A DNA stretch of 64,000 nucleotides from a candidate division FCPU426 bacterium (GCA_963796105.1 CAWCKJ010000007.1:32001-96000), one strand, 5' to 3'. Positions 37,281-49,989 are shown, numbered from the stretch's first letter. Numbers and translations are program-made. Notes: a model not told the origin generated them from the sequence alone.

Positions 37281-39779
37281 CTACAAAGCCTTCCATACCC
37301 CTTCGCCTGGGTAACAAACCTTGACCGAGGGAAATCCCCTGCCGATCGGATCGAAAACCCTGAGGCTGAAAAGATATTTCCCCTGGTCCAGATGAACGGT
37401 GGTCTCGTAATGTTTTAATTTCCCAGGCCTAGGCCGAAGTAGGAGCCTATCCCCCAGCCATAGGTTCGCGGGACGGTCCAATTCCGCCGCGAAAATGTAT
37501 TTACCGTCCCTGGGGGCCTCGAACCATCCTTCCAGCCGGCCCGCTGAGACGCCGTCATCCAGCTTATGCGGCGCCGGAGCGTTCCAATTCGATACCCGGT
37601 CCTCCGCGAATATCAAACCAACCCCCATCTTATAATCCGATTTGTAATATCTCCGGACCCAAGGGCCGGGCGGGACTCTTCGAATATAGATGAGTTTGGC
37701 GGAGTTTTCCGGAATCTGGTCCCCTGGGATGAAGAGACGCAGGTGGAAAACGGTGCTATCGGGATGATCCGGGAAGGCGGGGCTTTTTTCCCACTGCCCC
37801 TTGGGATATTGGGCCTTGAATCTTTCCACAATATCCGGCACAGGAAACTGGTCCGTCTTGAACAAGACGACCACATCCGGAGCCTTCTCCCCGGCCTCCA
37901 AGTCGATGGGATTGCCTTCTACTGAAAAATGATAATAGGTCTTTCCCTCGGTCATTACCTGTTCCGGCAAGTAACCCTCGTTCGAGGCCACGTAAACCCG
38001 GTATTTCGGCGCGTCCTGGTTGATCATTTGCGCGAGGAGCGGAAGCTGGGTCATGTGGGTGAAGAAGTGGTTATAGACTTTCTGAAATGAGGTGTAACCG
38101 CCGAATCCCAAAACCAGGACCCAAAGGGCCGAAGTGAATGCGGCCCGGGAAAAGGGTTTCAGAGCCTGGGCCGATGATTCCATCAACTGGTTAAACGCCA
38201 GAGCGCCGAGAAGGAGAAAAGGCGGGATACTGGAAATGAGGCGGTTCCCGCCGGGATCTCCCAGGATGTGGGGACTCATCCCCACGAACGCGCACAAAAG
38301 AATGAAGACGCGGGGCCAAGAGGGACGGCTGAGGGCGAATACCACCCCTGGCACAATGAATACCAGGTCGGACACGTTGAAATAAGGATCGCCGTAAAGG
38401 CTGATATCAGAACGGTCTCCGCCACTGTAACCCAGGCATTGGATGGTCTTCAGCAATCGACCGGCTAAGGACCCCATCATCTCAAAGAGGTTAAGTTGTG
38501 CTGATCCTTGGGCCAAGAGTGACATTCCATTCAACCGGCGAAGCAGCTCACCATTCACGATGATGGGATAGACCAGCAATACGCAAAGCAAGACACCGTA
38601 GGTCCAATGAATGAGGGCCCAATCGCCTTTTCCCTTCTCCGCCGCCTGGTAGTTCCTGATAAAAGCCAGGACTAACCCTCCGCATATGAACACTCCAAGG
38701 ATCCAGCTTTCCCCAAGCGCGGTAATGACCATTCGCCAGCCGGACTGCTCCGGCAGGACATACCGGTGAAGGTAGAGGAAGAGAATGGAAAGATAACTAC
38801 ATAAGCCTAACCCCTGGAACCATTTCCACAGGTCCGCCTTCTTTCCCTTTTCGCGAAAATATATCCACGCCAGCACTGCGGCGATGGCATAAGGCCCGAT
38901 GGGCCTGAAGGCCGTATAGGTGTAATAGCCCAGGGCGATGGAAGCGCCCCATTCGAGGAAATGGGCGGCATTAGGTTTTTTGAAAATCCGCATGGAAAAA
39001 AGAAGGACCAAAGCCAGGGTCAAGGGTAGGGGCATGTACCGCATGTAACTCAAAAGCATCATAAGAAGCGCGCGGTTCACTGCCCCAAAGGAGGCCATAA
39101 GTAGGCCGATCCGGCGCTTGCCAAATTCCTTTCCTAGCAGGTAATAAATCCAAAGGGCCGTGACATCAAAAATAGCCGAGACAAGCCGTTGGACGAATAA
39201 GCCGTGCAAACTAGGAAAAAGATATAAAACCAGGGCGATGGCGTAGGCATAGAGGGGCTCCCCGACCTGATAGCCGGCATAGAGGAAGAAATGCCGGTAC
39301 TCGGTGATCTGGCAGGCGTCCTCCAGGGGTTGGGAGGGGTCGTCCCAATAATTCCCGCAAAAATCACCTGCCCGGTAGAGACGCATGAAAGCGCCAAGCA
39401 TGAGGATGGCGGCCAGGATCAGCCTGGAAGGAACCTTGCCGATATCATCCCCAGGCCCGCTTGGGATCATCCTCCGGTAGGCCCAGTCCATTAAGGACGC
39501 TCCCCCGACCAAAAGAAGCGTTAACCAAGTTAATTGACGCGGCTCCCAAAGATGCTCCCCCGCGATGAAAATCGGATGGAAATGCTGAAAGCCAAGCAAG
39601 GAAATGGTGACCAAAATCCAACCGGCGAGGATTTTCCAAATCTGTTTGGATTGGGAAGACAGGGGGGACCTAGGCGCTGCTATTCCCGCTGGAATATGAA
39701 TAGTTTTTTGTTTGGATTTTGTTTGCTTAGCTGTGGAACCCGCTTTGGGAATGATCGGGATTTTATTATTCCTCGCCAT
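37281..39779 (-). CDS. Multi-pass GT-C (GT39/ArnT-like) glycosyltransferase with C-terminal PA14-like domain
   Basis: LRLY-like motif (FMRLYR) followed by NYWDD in the first external loop; many TM helices; C-terminal LEGWFEAPRDGKYIF (PA14-like). Confidence 0.65.
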   Translation of the reverse strand: MARNNKIPIIPKAGSTAKQTKSKQKTIHIPAGIAAPRSPLSSQSKQIWKILAGWILVTISLLGFQHFHPIFIAGEHLWEPRQLTWLTLLLVGGASLMDWAYRRMIPSGPGDDIGKVPSRLILAAILMLGAFMRLYRAGDFCGNYWDDPSQPLEDACQITEYRHFFLYAGYQVGEPLYAYAIALVLYLFPSLHGLFVQRLVSAIFDVTALWIYYLLGKEFGKRRIGLLMASFGAVNRALLMMLLSYMRYMPLPLTLALVLLFSMRIFKKPNAAHFLEWGASIALGYYTYTAFRPIGPYAIAAVLAWIYFREKGKKADLWKWFQGLGLCSYLSILFLYLHRYVLPEQSGWRMVITALGESWILGVFICGGLVLAFIRNYQAAEKGKGDWALIHWTYGVLLCVLLVYPIIVNGELLRRLNGMSLLAQGSAQLNLFEMMGSLAGRLLKTIQCLGYSGGDRSDISLYGDPYFNVSDLVFIVPGVVFALSRPSWPRVFILLCAFVGMSPHILGDPGGNRLISSIPPFLLLGALAFNQLMESSAQALKPFSRAAFTSALWVLVLGFGGYTSFQKVYNHFFTHMTQLPLLAQMINQDAPKYRVYVASNEGYLPEQVMTEGKTYYHFSVEGNPIDLEAGEKAPDVVVLFKTDQFPVPDIVERFKAQYPKGQWEKSPAFPDHPDSTVFHLRLFIPGDQIPENSAKLIYIRRVPPGPWVRRYYKSDYKMGVGLIFAEDRVSNWNAPAPHKLDDGVSAGRLEGWFEAPRDGKYIFAAELDRPANLWLGDRLLLRPRPGKLKHYETTVHLDQGKYLFSLRVFDPIGRGFPSVKVCYPGEGVWKAL

Positions 39780-39818
39780 ACTCGCTCCGAAATGTTTTCT
39801 CTATTATCGGATATTTTT

Positions 39819-40032
39819 ATGCTTATCCACAAAGTACCTGAGATTTACTCAGGTTCGGCAAGTGCTCAACTGATTTGATGCTTACAATGTTCCCCCCCTT
39901 TGAAAAAGGGGGACAGGGGGGGTATTAGCTTTTATTGTGTAACACCCATAGGCTAACTTCCCCTCTATCCCCCTCTTTCAGAGGGGGAAGATTAAAAAAT
40001 CAATAAACCACAGGTGCATTGTGGATAAGCAT
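39819..40032. mobile_element. MITE-like element with family-1 core but a different 22-bp TIR containing DnaA-box consensus
   Basis: ATGCTTATCCACAAAGTACCTG ... CAGGTGCATTGTGGATAAGCAT (20/22 inverted match) surrounds the same palindromic core. Confidence 0.65.
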
Positions 40033-40059
40033 GGATATTTTATAATTTTAATACCAGTT

Positions 40060-40233
40060 TTTATCCATTCTTTATGGAGCCCCACGGGCAAGACCGTGGA
40101 ATCTATTCCGACCCACTTCCGCCATGGCTTCGGTGGGTATCCGCCGACAAGACGCATGCGGAATCCACCGTAGCCCTTCCTTCAGCCTTTCATCCCCGGC
40201 TAAAGCAGGGATGTACTGGCGATGACGGATAAA
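40060..40233. mobile_element. Small non-autonomous element with IS200/IS605-like subterminal hairpins
   Basis: TTTATCC...GGATAAA termini; hairpins CCACGGGCAAGACCGTGG and ATCCCCGGCTAAAGCAGGGAT. Confidence 0.5.
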
Positions 40234-40242
40234 TATCCGTAA

Positions 40243-41088
40243 TCAACCCCGTCCGCTTCCCTGGAGGCGGGGATCCAGCATATCCCTGAGACCCTCCCCC
40301 AGGAGGTTGTAACCCAGCACCGTGAAAAAGATCGCAAGGCCTGGGAATGTGACCAGCCACCAGGCTTCCATCAGGTGTTCCTTGCCTTCCATGAGCATGT
40401 TTCCCCAGCTGGCGGTGGGAGGCTGGACGCCCAATCCAAGATAACTCAATCCTGATTCCACCAGGATGGCCCCTCCCACCCCCAAGGTGGCCACAACGAT
40501 GACCGGCCCCATCGCGTTGGGAAGTAGGTGCCTTGTGATGAGGCGTAAATCGCTCATGCCGATCAACCGGGCCGCCAGGATATATTCCCTTTCTTTTAGG
40601 GACAAAACTTCACTTCGCACCAGCCGGGCCACGTCGGTCCAAGAGGTCAATCCAATGATAACCATGACATTGATGATGTTGGGCCCCACGAAAGCTATGA
40701 CCATTAAGATAAGAAGAAATGTCGGTATGCACATGAAAATATCGGTGATCCTCATCAAGAGCCCGTCCACCCACCCCCCGTAATAGCCGGCTATGGAACC
40801 GATCGTCACACCTATCAAAATGTAAATCGAGACAGCCACCAATCCCACTACCAGGGAAATTCGGGAACCATAGAGCAAACGGCTGAACACATCCCGCCCA
40901 AACTGGTCCGTTCCCATCCAGTGGTGCCAGGATGGAGCTTGAAGACGGTTTACATCCCCCAAAATTTGAAAATTCGGGTCGAATGGTGCGACCCATTGAG
41001 CGGTAATAGCAGCCGCCACCAGCAGTCCCACCAGTACCAGGCCGCAGAAAAGCAGGGGATGGATTTTAATAAACTGTTTCAACTTCAT
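40243..41088 (-). CDS. oppC: Peptide ABC transporter permease (OppC/DppC type)
   Basis: HWMGTDQFGRDVFSRLLYGSRISL; EAA motif region; LGLGVQPPTASWG. Confidence 0.92.
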   Translation of the reverse strand: MKLKQFIKIHPLLFCGLVLVGLLVAAAITAQWVAPFDPNFQILGDVNRLQAPSWHHWMGTDQFGRDVFSRLLYGSRISLVVGLVAVSIYILIGVTIGSIAGYYGGWVDGLLMRITDIFMCIPTFLLILMVIAFVGPNIINVMVIIGLTSWTDVARLVRSEVLSLKEREYILAARLIGMSDLRLITRHLLPNAMGPVIVVATLGVGGAILVESGLSYLGLGVQPPTASWGNMLMEGKEHLMEAWWLVTFPGLAIFFTVLGYNLLGEGLRDMLDPRLQGSGRG

Positions 41089-41139
41089 CCTTTTCTCTCC
41101 CGTTGATCCGTCATTCACGCCGTGATGAATCCGCCATTT

Positions 41140-42111
41140 TTATTTGTACCTGATCCTGGGGTCCAGCATCGCGTAGCCGATATCCGCCAGCAAGCTGCCT
41201 AAAAGGGTCAGGAAAGCCGCGATGATGCTCACCCCCATCACCACCGGGTAATTCCTGGACATGATCGCCTCATAAAAAAGACGGCCCATTCCAGGCCAGC
41301 TGAATATGGTCTCAATAATGGGGCTACCCCCAATTAAACCCGGAAGGGACAACCCAACTAAGGTGATTACCGGAAGAAGCGCGTTGGGAAGGGCATGCCT
41401 GACGACGACCTGAAACTCCGAAAGGCCCTTGGCCCTGGCGGTGCGGATGTAATCCTGTCGTATGACTTCCAGCATGCTGGTGCGGGCGTAGCGCGAGACG
41501 GAGGCCAGTCCCCCAAAAGTGGTGACGAACAGGGGAAGGAACAGGTGCTGGGCCATGTCCCAGGCCTTCTGGTACCAGGGAAGGTACTCGGACCCGATGC
41601 TGGTCATGCCCGAAACCGGAAGCCAGCCCAATTGAACCCCGAATACCAGCATGAGCATCAGGGCCAGCCAAAAGGTCGGGGTGGCGAATCCCACGAAGGA
41701 GAAAAGGGTCGTGAACCGGTCGAACCATTTGCCCTGGTAGTAAGCCGCGGCCACTCCCAAGGGCACCGCGATGAGGAACAGGAGGACTTCCGACAGCCCC
41801 GACAACAGTAGGGTGGCTGGAAGCCTTTCGCCGATGATGCTTAAAACCGGCCTTCCATCTTTGAAGGAAATACCGAAATCAAGCGTGAACATGCCCTTGA
41901 GCCAGCGCCAGTATTGGATATAGACGGGCTGGTCCAGCCCCCAATGGGCCCGCAGTTTGGTAATGTAGCCCGGGTCGATTTTGGAGTTCAGGTTGACGCT
42001 GAGGGAAGCGGGGTCGCCTGGCGCCAGTTTCATGATTCCGAAGGAAAGAATGGAAATTCCCAGGAGCAGGGGAATCATCATCAATAACCGGCGGATCAAG
42101 TATTGGCGCAT
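41140..42111 (-). CDS. oppB: Peptide ABC transporter permease (OppB/DppB type)
   Basis: LAPGDP, GLDQPVYIQY, DYIRTARAKGL, ETIFSWPGMG. Confidence 0.92.
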   Translation of the reverse strand: MRQYLIRRLLMMIPLLLGISILSFGIMKLAPGDPASLSVNLNSKIDPGYITKLRAHWGLDQPVYIQYWRWLKGMFTLDFGISFKDGRPVLSIIGERLPATLLLSGLSEVLLFLIAVPLGVAAAYYQGKWFDRFTTLFSFVGFATPTFWLALMLMLVFGVQLGWLPVSGMTSIGSEYLPWYQKAWDMAQHLFLPLFVTTFGGLASVSRYARTSMLEVIRQDYIRTARAKGLSEFQVVVRHALPNALLPVITLVGLSLPGLIGGSPIIETIFSWPGMGRLFYEAIMSRNYPVVMGVSIIAAFLTLLGSLLADIGYAMLDPRIRYK

Positions 42112-42168
42112 GGACTCAATTCCAATAATTTAGCGGGAACGAATTTCTCAGGGTGTTTTGCCGGGGAA

Positions 42169-43815
42169 TCAAGGCATGTATTTTTGCTGGCTCACCGGCA
42201 CATACCAGCGCTCGGGATGCCAGCCGATTCCGTTGTGGTTGGTTTCCAATCCCTTGTATCGCTTGTGAACGGCCGGAAGGGCGTAAGGCACATAGAGGAA
42301 TGTCGCGGCCACGTCGTCGGCCAGTATCTTATGGATTCTCTGGTAGATCTTGGCCCTCTTGGCCGGATCCAGGGTTTCCCTTCCCTCCACCAGCAGACGG
42401 TCCACGGTCCGGTTCTTGTAATCCACCATGTTGTACTGGTGCTCCCCCATCTGGGAGGAGTGCCAGGTCAGGTAACAGTCTGGCTCCGGCCCGAACTGCC
42501 AGCCCATGACCATGGCGTCGTATTTTCGCTTGTTGATGTACTCGCTCAAAAGGGTGGTCCATTCCATGATCTGGGGCTGGCAATCCACCCCGATTTCCTT
42601 CAACTGCTGTTGGACGATGGTGGCGATTCGCTCTCGGCTTACGTTGCCCTGGTTGGTGAAAAGCTTGAAGCGGAACGGGGTCTTCTTGCCCCTGAGGGTC
42701 TTCACCAGGATTCCATCCGGCCCCGGCCTCCACCCGGCTTTCTTCAGGAGTTTTTTCGCCCCCTCCAGGTCGAACGGCAGGGGTTTTACCTTCTTATTGC
42801 ATGCCCAGGAATTAGGGACAAAGGGCCCGGTGCAGATACTTCCCAGCCCGTAAACCACGTTTTGGATGATGGCCTGGCGGTCGATGGCCATGGTAAGGGC
42901 TTTTCTCACCTGCAGGTCCTTAAAAAGGGGATTTTCCAGGTTCCAGCCTATGTAAATGTAAACGAATTGATCCGTCTGGTACTTGTCATAGAAATCGGTG
43001 AAGCGGGAAGTATCCGTTTCCTTGGCGTATTGTTCCGGGGTCAGGGTTCCGGTGGTCCAGGCCCCCATGGCGTCCGTTTCCCCCTTCAGCAGGCTTAGAA
43101 ACTCGGAGGACTGGTCCGGAATGATGCGCATGATGAAGCGCTTGATATGGGGTTTGCCCTCCCAATAATCGGGATTGGCCTCCAGCGCGATTTGCTGGTC
43201 GGTTTTCCATTTCACGAACCGGTAAGGCCCTGTGCCAATGGGGTGGCGGTTGAAGGCGTCATAGTGGTTGATGTCCTTTCCGTCCAAAAGGTGCATGGGA
43301 AGGATGGCTCCGAAGGTGTTAGTCAAAGCCGGCGCGAAGGCTTTCTTATAAATGACCTGGACCGTGTAGGGATCCAGGATCTTGACGTCCTTGATGTATT
43401 GGTAATCGGCTCCAAAGGGGGTGTTGACCGTCGGGTCGGTATAGACTTTATAGGTAAAAAGAACGTCGTTGGCCGTGAACTCCACCCCGTCGTGGAACTT
43501 CACGCCTTTTCGGAGGTAATACGTGATTGTTTTTCCGTCCTTGGAGACGGTCCACTTTTCCGCCAGGCATGGTTCCAACTCCATGTTCTGGTTGTATCGA
43601 AGGAGGCCGTTGAAAACCAGGCTGATGATGTCACCGCCCGAGCTTTCATCCGACAGGACGGGATTGAGGGTCTTGGCGTCCCCGATGGAAGACTCAATCA
43701 GCATGTCCCCGTCGGCCACGGACCCGCCCTGCTGGTAGATCTTGGGATCGACCTTTTTACAACCCACTGGAAGCAAGAACAATAAAACAAAAATAGATAA
43801 GAATACTTTAGGCAT
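42169..43815 (-). CDS. oppA: Peptide ABC transporter substrate-binding lipoprotein (family 5, OppA/AppA type)
   Basis: Lipobox PVGC; LRKGVKFHDG, PIGTGPY, VRKALTMAIDR. Confidence 0.9.
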   Translation of the reverse strand: MPKVFLSIFVLLFLLPVGCKKVDPKIYQQGGSVADGDMLIESSIGDAKTLNPVLSDESSGGDIISLVFNGLLRYNQNMELEPCLAEKWTVSKDGKTITYYLRKGVKFHDGVEFTANDVLFTYKVYTDPTVNTPFGADYQYIKDVKILDPYTVQVIYKKAFAPALTNTFGAILPMHLLDGKDINHYDAFNRHPIGTGPYRFVKWKTDQQIALEANPDYWEGKPHIKRFIMRIIPDQSSEFLSLLKGETDAMGAWTTGTLTPEQYAKETDTSRFTDFYDKYQTDQFVYIYIGWNLENPLFKDLQVRKALTMAIDRQAIIQNVVYGLGSICTGPFVPNSWACNKKVKPLPFDLEGAKKLLKKAGWRPGPDGILVKTLRGKKTPFRFKLFTNQGNVSRERIATIVQQQLKEIGVDCQPQIMEWTTLLSEYINKRKYDAMVMGWQFGPEPDCYLTWHSSQMGEHQYNMVDYKNRTVDRLLVEGRETLDPAKRAKIYQRIHKILADDVAATFLYVPYALPAVHKRYKGLETNHNGIGWHPERWYVPVSQQKYMP

Positions 43816-43891
43816 TAATTATTAACCTCGTGTGCGGAGTTATCTCAAGGCAATATTATTTCTAATTCCCAATTCCTAACTTCTAATTATT

Positions 43892-46555
43892 TTACGCTCC
43901 GTGGCACTTCTTGAATTTCTTCCCCGAACCGCACCAACAAGGCTCATTACGGCCGACCTTGGGGCCGTCCCTCCGAATCGGCGCCACTTTGGCTTGGGCC
44001 TGGGGCTGGCTGCCCTGGGCCTGCCATGGGTCCATTCCAGGCGGGGGTCCCATGCCGGGAGGAAGTCCCGGGGCGACAGGCATGGGCTGGGGCGCAGGTT
44101 GCTGGGCCACGGCCGCGGTGGGATCGAATTCGGGGTGTTCTTCTTTCATCATAATGGGCCTTTGCCCGAACATCTGGTCGGAGGCCTTCACGGTTTGGAC
44201 CAGGAAGATGAGCTTGAGGGTATCCTCCTCGATTCTGCCCAGCATTTCCATGAACAGCGACAATCCTTCCCTCTTGTACTCGATGAGCGGGTCTTTTCCC
44301 CCGTAGGATTGGAGGCCGATCCCTTCTTTTAGATGGTCCATGGAAAGAAGGTGGTCCTTCCACTGGTTGTCTATGACTTCCAAAAGAATGGCCCTTTCCA
44401 GGGTGCGCATGACCTCCGGGGTGAGGGCCTTTTCCTTGACCTCGTAGGCTTTCACCATCTCATCCTGAAGGGCCTTGAAGATTCCCTCGCGGTCCATCAG
44501 CCTGATGTTTTCCATCTTCCAAACTAGATCCGTCTGGAAGATTCCCTTGTGCCACTTCATCAGGCCCGGAATGTCCCATTCCTCGGACTTGTTCTTCTCG
44601 GGCATGTAAACTTCCACCCCGTCCGCGGCCACGTCCTCCACGATCTGGATCATATGGGAGCGGATGTCAGGCTCCCGGAGGACCCGGTTGCGTTCCTTAT
44701 AAATGCGCTCCCTCTGCTTGTTCATGACGTCGTCGTATTCCAGCAGGTGCTTGCGGATGTCGAAGTTATGCCCTTCCACGGCTTTCTGGGACCGCTCGAT
44801 GGCCTTGGAAACCCATGGATGGGAGATGACCTCGCCTTCCTGCATTCCCAGCTTGGTCATCCAGTCCTTGAGCCGGTCGCTCCCGAAAATGCGCATGAGG
44901 TCGTCCTCGAGGGCCACGTAAAAGAGCGAGAACCCGGGGTCCCCCTGCCGGCCGGAACGGCCGCGCAATTGGTTGTCGATCCGGCGGCTCTCGTGCCGTT
45001 CGGTTCCCAGCACCGCGAGACCCCCCACTTCCTTCACGCCGGGCCCCAGAACGATGTCCGTTCCACGTCCCGCCATGTTGGTGGCGATGGTGACGGCCCC
45101 CGGCTGGCCCGCCAAGGCGATGATCTCGGCTTCCCTGTCGTGGAACTTGGCGTTCAAGACCTCGTGCTTGACCCCCCGCTTCTTCAGCATGGAGGAAAGC
45201 AGTTCGTTCTTCTCGATGGAGACAGTGCCCACGAGGACCGGTTGTTTTTTCTCGTTCATCTGGTGGATCTCTTCCACGATGGCGTTGAATTTTTCCTTTT
45301 GGGTACGGTAAACCGCGTCGGGTTCGTCCTTACGGACCATGGGCCGGTGGGTGGGCACGCAGATGACGTCCAGCTTGTAAATCTCCTTGAACTCGGAGGC
45401 CTCGGTCTCGGCGGTTCCGGTCATGCCGGAGAGTTTCTTGTACATGCGGAAGAAATTCTGGAAGGTGATGGTGGCCAGGGTCTGGTTTTCCGCCTCGATC
45501 TTGACCTTTTCCTTCGCTTCCAAGGCCTGGTGAAGGCCGTCCGAGTAGCGCCGTCCCGGCATGATGCGCCCCGTGAACTCGTCCACGATGATGACTTCCC
45601 CGTCCTTCACGATATAGTCCACGTCCCTCTTGAAAATGACGTGGGCCTTCAGGCCCTGGTTGACGTGGTGAACCAGCTGGACGTTCTTGTGGTCATATAG
45701 GTTGTCCACCTTCAGGAGCTGTTCCACGTGCCGGACACCCGGCTCCGTGAGGAAGGCCGCCCGGGTCTTTTCCTCGATGTCGTAATCCGGTCCCTTCTTC
45801 AAGGCCGGGATGATCCGGTCGATGCGGTAGTAGAGGTCGGTGGATTCCTCGGAGGGCCCCGAAATGATCAAGGGAGTGCGGGCCTCGTCCACCAGGATGC
45901 TGTCCACCTCGTCCACGATGGCGTAATTCAGGTTGCGCTGGACCACGTAGTCCATGGTGGTGGCCATATTGTCGCGGAGGTAGTCGAATCCCATCTCGTT
46001 ATTGGTGCCATAGGTGATGTCGCAGCCATAGTTATCCTTGCGCTGCTGGTAGGAGAGGCCGTGCTTGATGACCCCGCAGGACATGCCCAGGAAGTTGTAG
46101 ATGTTGGCCATGCCCTTGAAGTTTCCGAGTCCCAAACTGTCGCGTTCGGCCAGATAGTCGTTGACCGTGACCACGTGCACGCCCTTGCCCTCCAGGGCGT
46201 TCAGGTAAACCGGCAAAGTGGCCACGAGGGTTTTTCCCTCGCCCGTTTTCATCTCGGCGATGCGCCCGGAGTGGAGCACCATTCCCCCCAGCATTTGCAC
46301 GTCGAAATGTCGCAATCCCATGACCCGCTTGGACGCTTCCCTCACGACCGCGAAGGCCTCAGGCAGGAGATCGTCCAGGGTTTCACCGTGGGTCAAGCGG
46401 TCCTTAAACTCGTTGGTTTTGGCCTTCAGCCCCTCGTCGGAAAGAGCCTGTAATTTTTGCTCGAAATCGTTGATATCCAGCAGTCTTGGCCGGATTTTCT
46501 TGATTTCACGCTCGTTTTTGCTTCCGAACATCTTAGTTAAAATCAGGTTGATCAT
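43892..46555 (-). CDS. secA: Preprotein translocase ATPase SecA
   Basis: [36 protein letters not shown] and SEC-C motif [14 protein letters not shown]. Confidence 0.98.
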   Translation of the reverse strand: MINLILTKMFGSKNEREIKKIRPRLLDINDFEQKLQALSDEGLKAKTNEFKDRLTHGETLDDLLPEAFAVVREASKRVMGLRHFDVQMLGGMVLHSGRIAEMKTGEGKTLVATLPVYLNALEGKGVHVVTVNDYLAERDSLGLGNFKGMANIYNFLGMSCGVIKHGLSYQQRKDNYGCDITYGTNNEMGFDYLRDNMATTMDYVVQRNLNYAIVDEVDSILVDEARTPLIISGPSEESTDLYYRIDRIIPALKKGPDYDIEEKTRAAFLTEPGVRHVEQLLKVDNLYDHKNVQLVHHVNQGLKAHVIFKRDVDYIVKDGEVIIVDEFTGRIMPGRRYSDGLHQALEAKEKVKIEAENQTLATITFQNFFRMYKKLSGMTGTAETEASEFKEIYKLDVICVPTHRPMVRKDEPDAVYRTQKEKFNAIVEEIHQMNEKKQPVLVGTVSIEKNELLSSMLKKRGVKHEVLNAKFHDREAEIIALAGQPGAVTIATNMAGRGTDIVLGPGVKEVGGLAVLGTERHESRRIDNQLRGRSGRQGDPGFSLFYVALEDDLMRIFGSDRLKDWMTKLGMQEGEVISHPWVSKAIERSQKAVEGHNFDIRKHLLEYDDVMNKQRERIYKERNRVLREPDIRSHMIQIVEDVAADGVEVYMPEKNKSEEWDIPGLMKWHKGIFQTDLVWKMENIRLMDREGIFKALQDEMVKAYEVKEKALTPEVMRTLERAILLEVIDNQWKDHLLSMDHLKEGIGLQSYGGKDPLIEYKREGLSLFMEMLGRIEEDTLKLIFLVQTVKASDQMFGQRPIMMKEEHPEFDPTAAVAQQPAPQPMPVAPGLPPGMGPPPGMDPWQAQGSQPQAQAKVAPIRRDGPKVGRNEPCWCGSGKKFKKCHGA

Positions 46556-46884
46556 GGATCCTCATTCATGGGAAGTGGCGCAAAGCCGGTTAAGTATAAG
46601 GGCTTTAAGGGGGTCGTTCAAGGCGTGAAAGGCCCTAGCTCACAGACCGCTTTACATTAAAAGCGAAACTAAAATCATTCTAGGAAACGGCCATCCGGCA
46701 GGAGGGGCTTAAGGAAGATTCTCAATTTGACCGGCGGAATCGTCTTTGAAGCGGGTAAAGGTTGAGTGGAAGTTATATTCCCTACCTTTATGCTTAATAG
46801 AAATACAAATGATGAATCCCATGGTTTGTTTTTACCCCGGGTCGGAAAGTTGAACATCCCTGATAATACTGCTATCCTTCCATC

Positions 46885-47067
46885 ATGACCGCTAAAGAGA
46901 AGGTTATCAAAGCCGTACGGGATCTGCCCGACAATGCTTCCATCGAGGACGCCATGGAGCGGTTGCTGTTCCTGGCTAAGATCGAAAAAGGGCTTGCTCA
47001 AGCCGATTCCGGCCGGACCCTTTCCCATCTTCAAGTGAAGGAAAAAATGGCGAAATGGCTGAAGTAA
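46885..47067 (+). CDS. Putative antitoxin of a RelE/ParE-type module
   Basis: 60-aa ORF overlapping the toxin start; C-terminal IEKGLAQADSGRTLSH pattern. Confidence 0.75.
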   Translation: MTAKEKVIKAVRDLPDNASIEDAMERLLFLAKIEKGLAQADSGRTLSHLQVKEKMAKWLK

Positions 47068-47354
47068 GGTGGACTCCACAAGCAGTTGACGATTTGGAAT
47101 CCATCGCCGATTTTATCGCCAGGGATTCCCCGCATTACGCGCGTCTCTTCGTGATCAACGTCTTGGAAGCTTTGGACCGTCTCCCTGTTTTCCCAAAATC
47201 AGGCCGAGTTGTTCCTGAATTGAAAAATCCGGCCATTAGGGAAATCATACTGGGAAACTATCGAATTGTTTACCGTCTCAAAGGTCAAATCGCGGAAATA
47301 TTAACTGTCTATCACGGGGCTAAAATGGTGAAATCCACAAAATTCAAAAACTGA
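47055..47354 (+). CDS. RelE/ParE-family toxin
   Basis: VRWTPQAVDDLESIADFI...PKSGRVVPE...REIILGNYRIVYR...ILTVYHG. Confidence 0.9.
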   Translation: MAEVRWTPQAVDDLESIADFIARDSPHYARLFVINVLEALDRLPVFPKSGRVVPELKNPAIREIILGNYRIVYRLKGQIAEILTVYHGAKMVKSTKFKN

Positions 47355-47396
47355 AATCTTTTATGGCGATATTTTTTCGATCCGCATTTTGTTTGG

Positions 47397-47882
47397 TTAG
47401 TTTTGTTCTTTAGGAGGAGCCAGTTTCGTTTCCAGCTGTTTGATCTTATCCTTGATCCCAACCGTGTCTTTTTGCTGGGCCAGGGCTTTGACTTCCGAAT
47501 CCTTGGCCGCCTGTCTCAATACCGATGTTTGCCAAAGGCTGTAAGCCAATTTTCTTTTCTCCACGGCCAGCTGCAATTCAAATTCCGCTCTTTCCTTCTT
47601 TTCCTGAGCCTCAGCCTTCACCTTCTTAGCGGCTTTCACCCAGCGCAAATAGGCCCGCTTGGCCCTCTTTTCATAGAGGGTGGCTTCCAACCGGGAACGA
47701 TCCCAGGAGTCCTTTAAGGTTTGCGCCTCGATTTTGGCTTTTTCTAATTCCGCAACCCCCGTGGTCAGAGCCTGGTCCAGGGTGGAAGGTTTGGCATTCG
47801 GGGTTCCGGCAGGCACGGAATCGGCTCGCGAGGAATACACTAAAGCGCAACAAATTACGGCGAAAAGAAATAGGAGTTTCAT
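47397..47882 (-). CDS. Secreted coiled-coil hypothetical protein
   Basis: Signal peptide; helical K/E/A-rich sequence; directly downstream of ligA. Confidence 0.7.
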   Translation of the reverse strand: MKLLFLFAVICCALVYSSRADSVPAGTPNAKPSTLDQALTTGVAELEKAKIEAQTLKDSWDRSRLEATLYEKRAKRAYLRWVKAAKKVKAEAQEKKERAEFELQLAVEKRKLAYSLWQTSVLRQAAKDSEVKALAQQKDTVGIKDKIKQLETKLAPPKEQN

Positions 47883-47894
47883 GGTTATTCCTTT

Positions 47895-49949
<2,055 letters not shown>

Positions 49950-49989
49950 TTAACCCATCTCCCCCAAGGGGAAAGGGAAATTTTTCGAG

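Noticed and set aside
39819..40060. oriC candidate from two DnaA boxes
   Set aside because: There are only two boxes, explained by one inverted repeat, and no dnaA/dnaN/gidA nearby.
43860..43887. Four degenerate heptamers (TTCTAAT/TCCCAAT/TCCTAAC) after secA
   Set aside because: Too short and low-complexity to assign a function.
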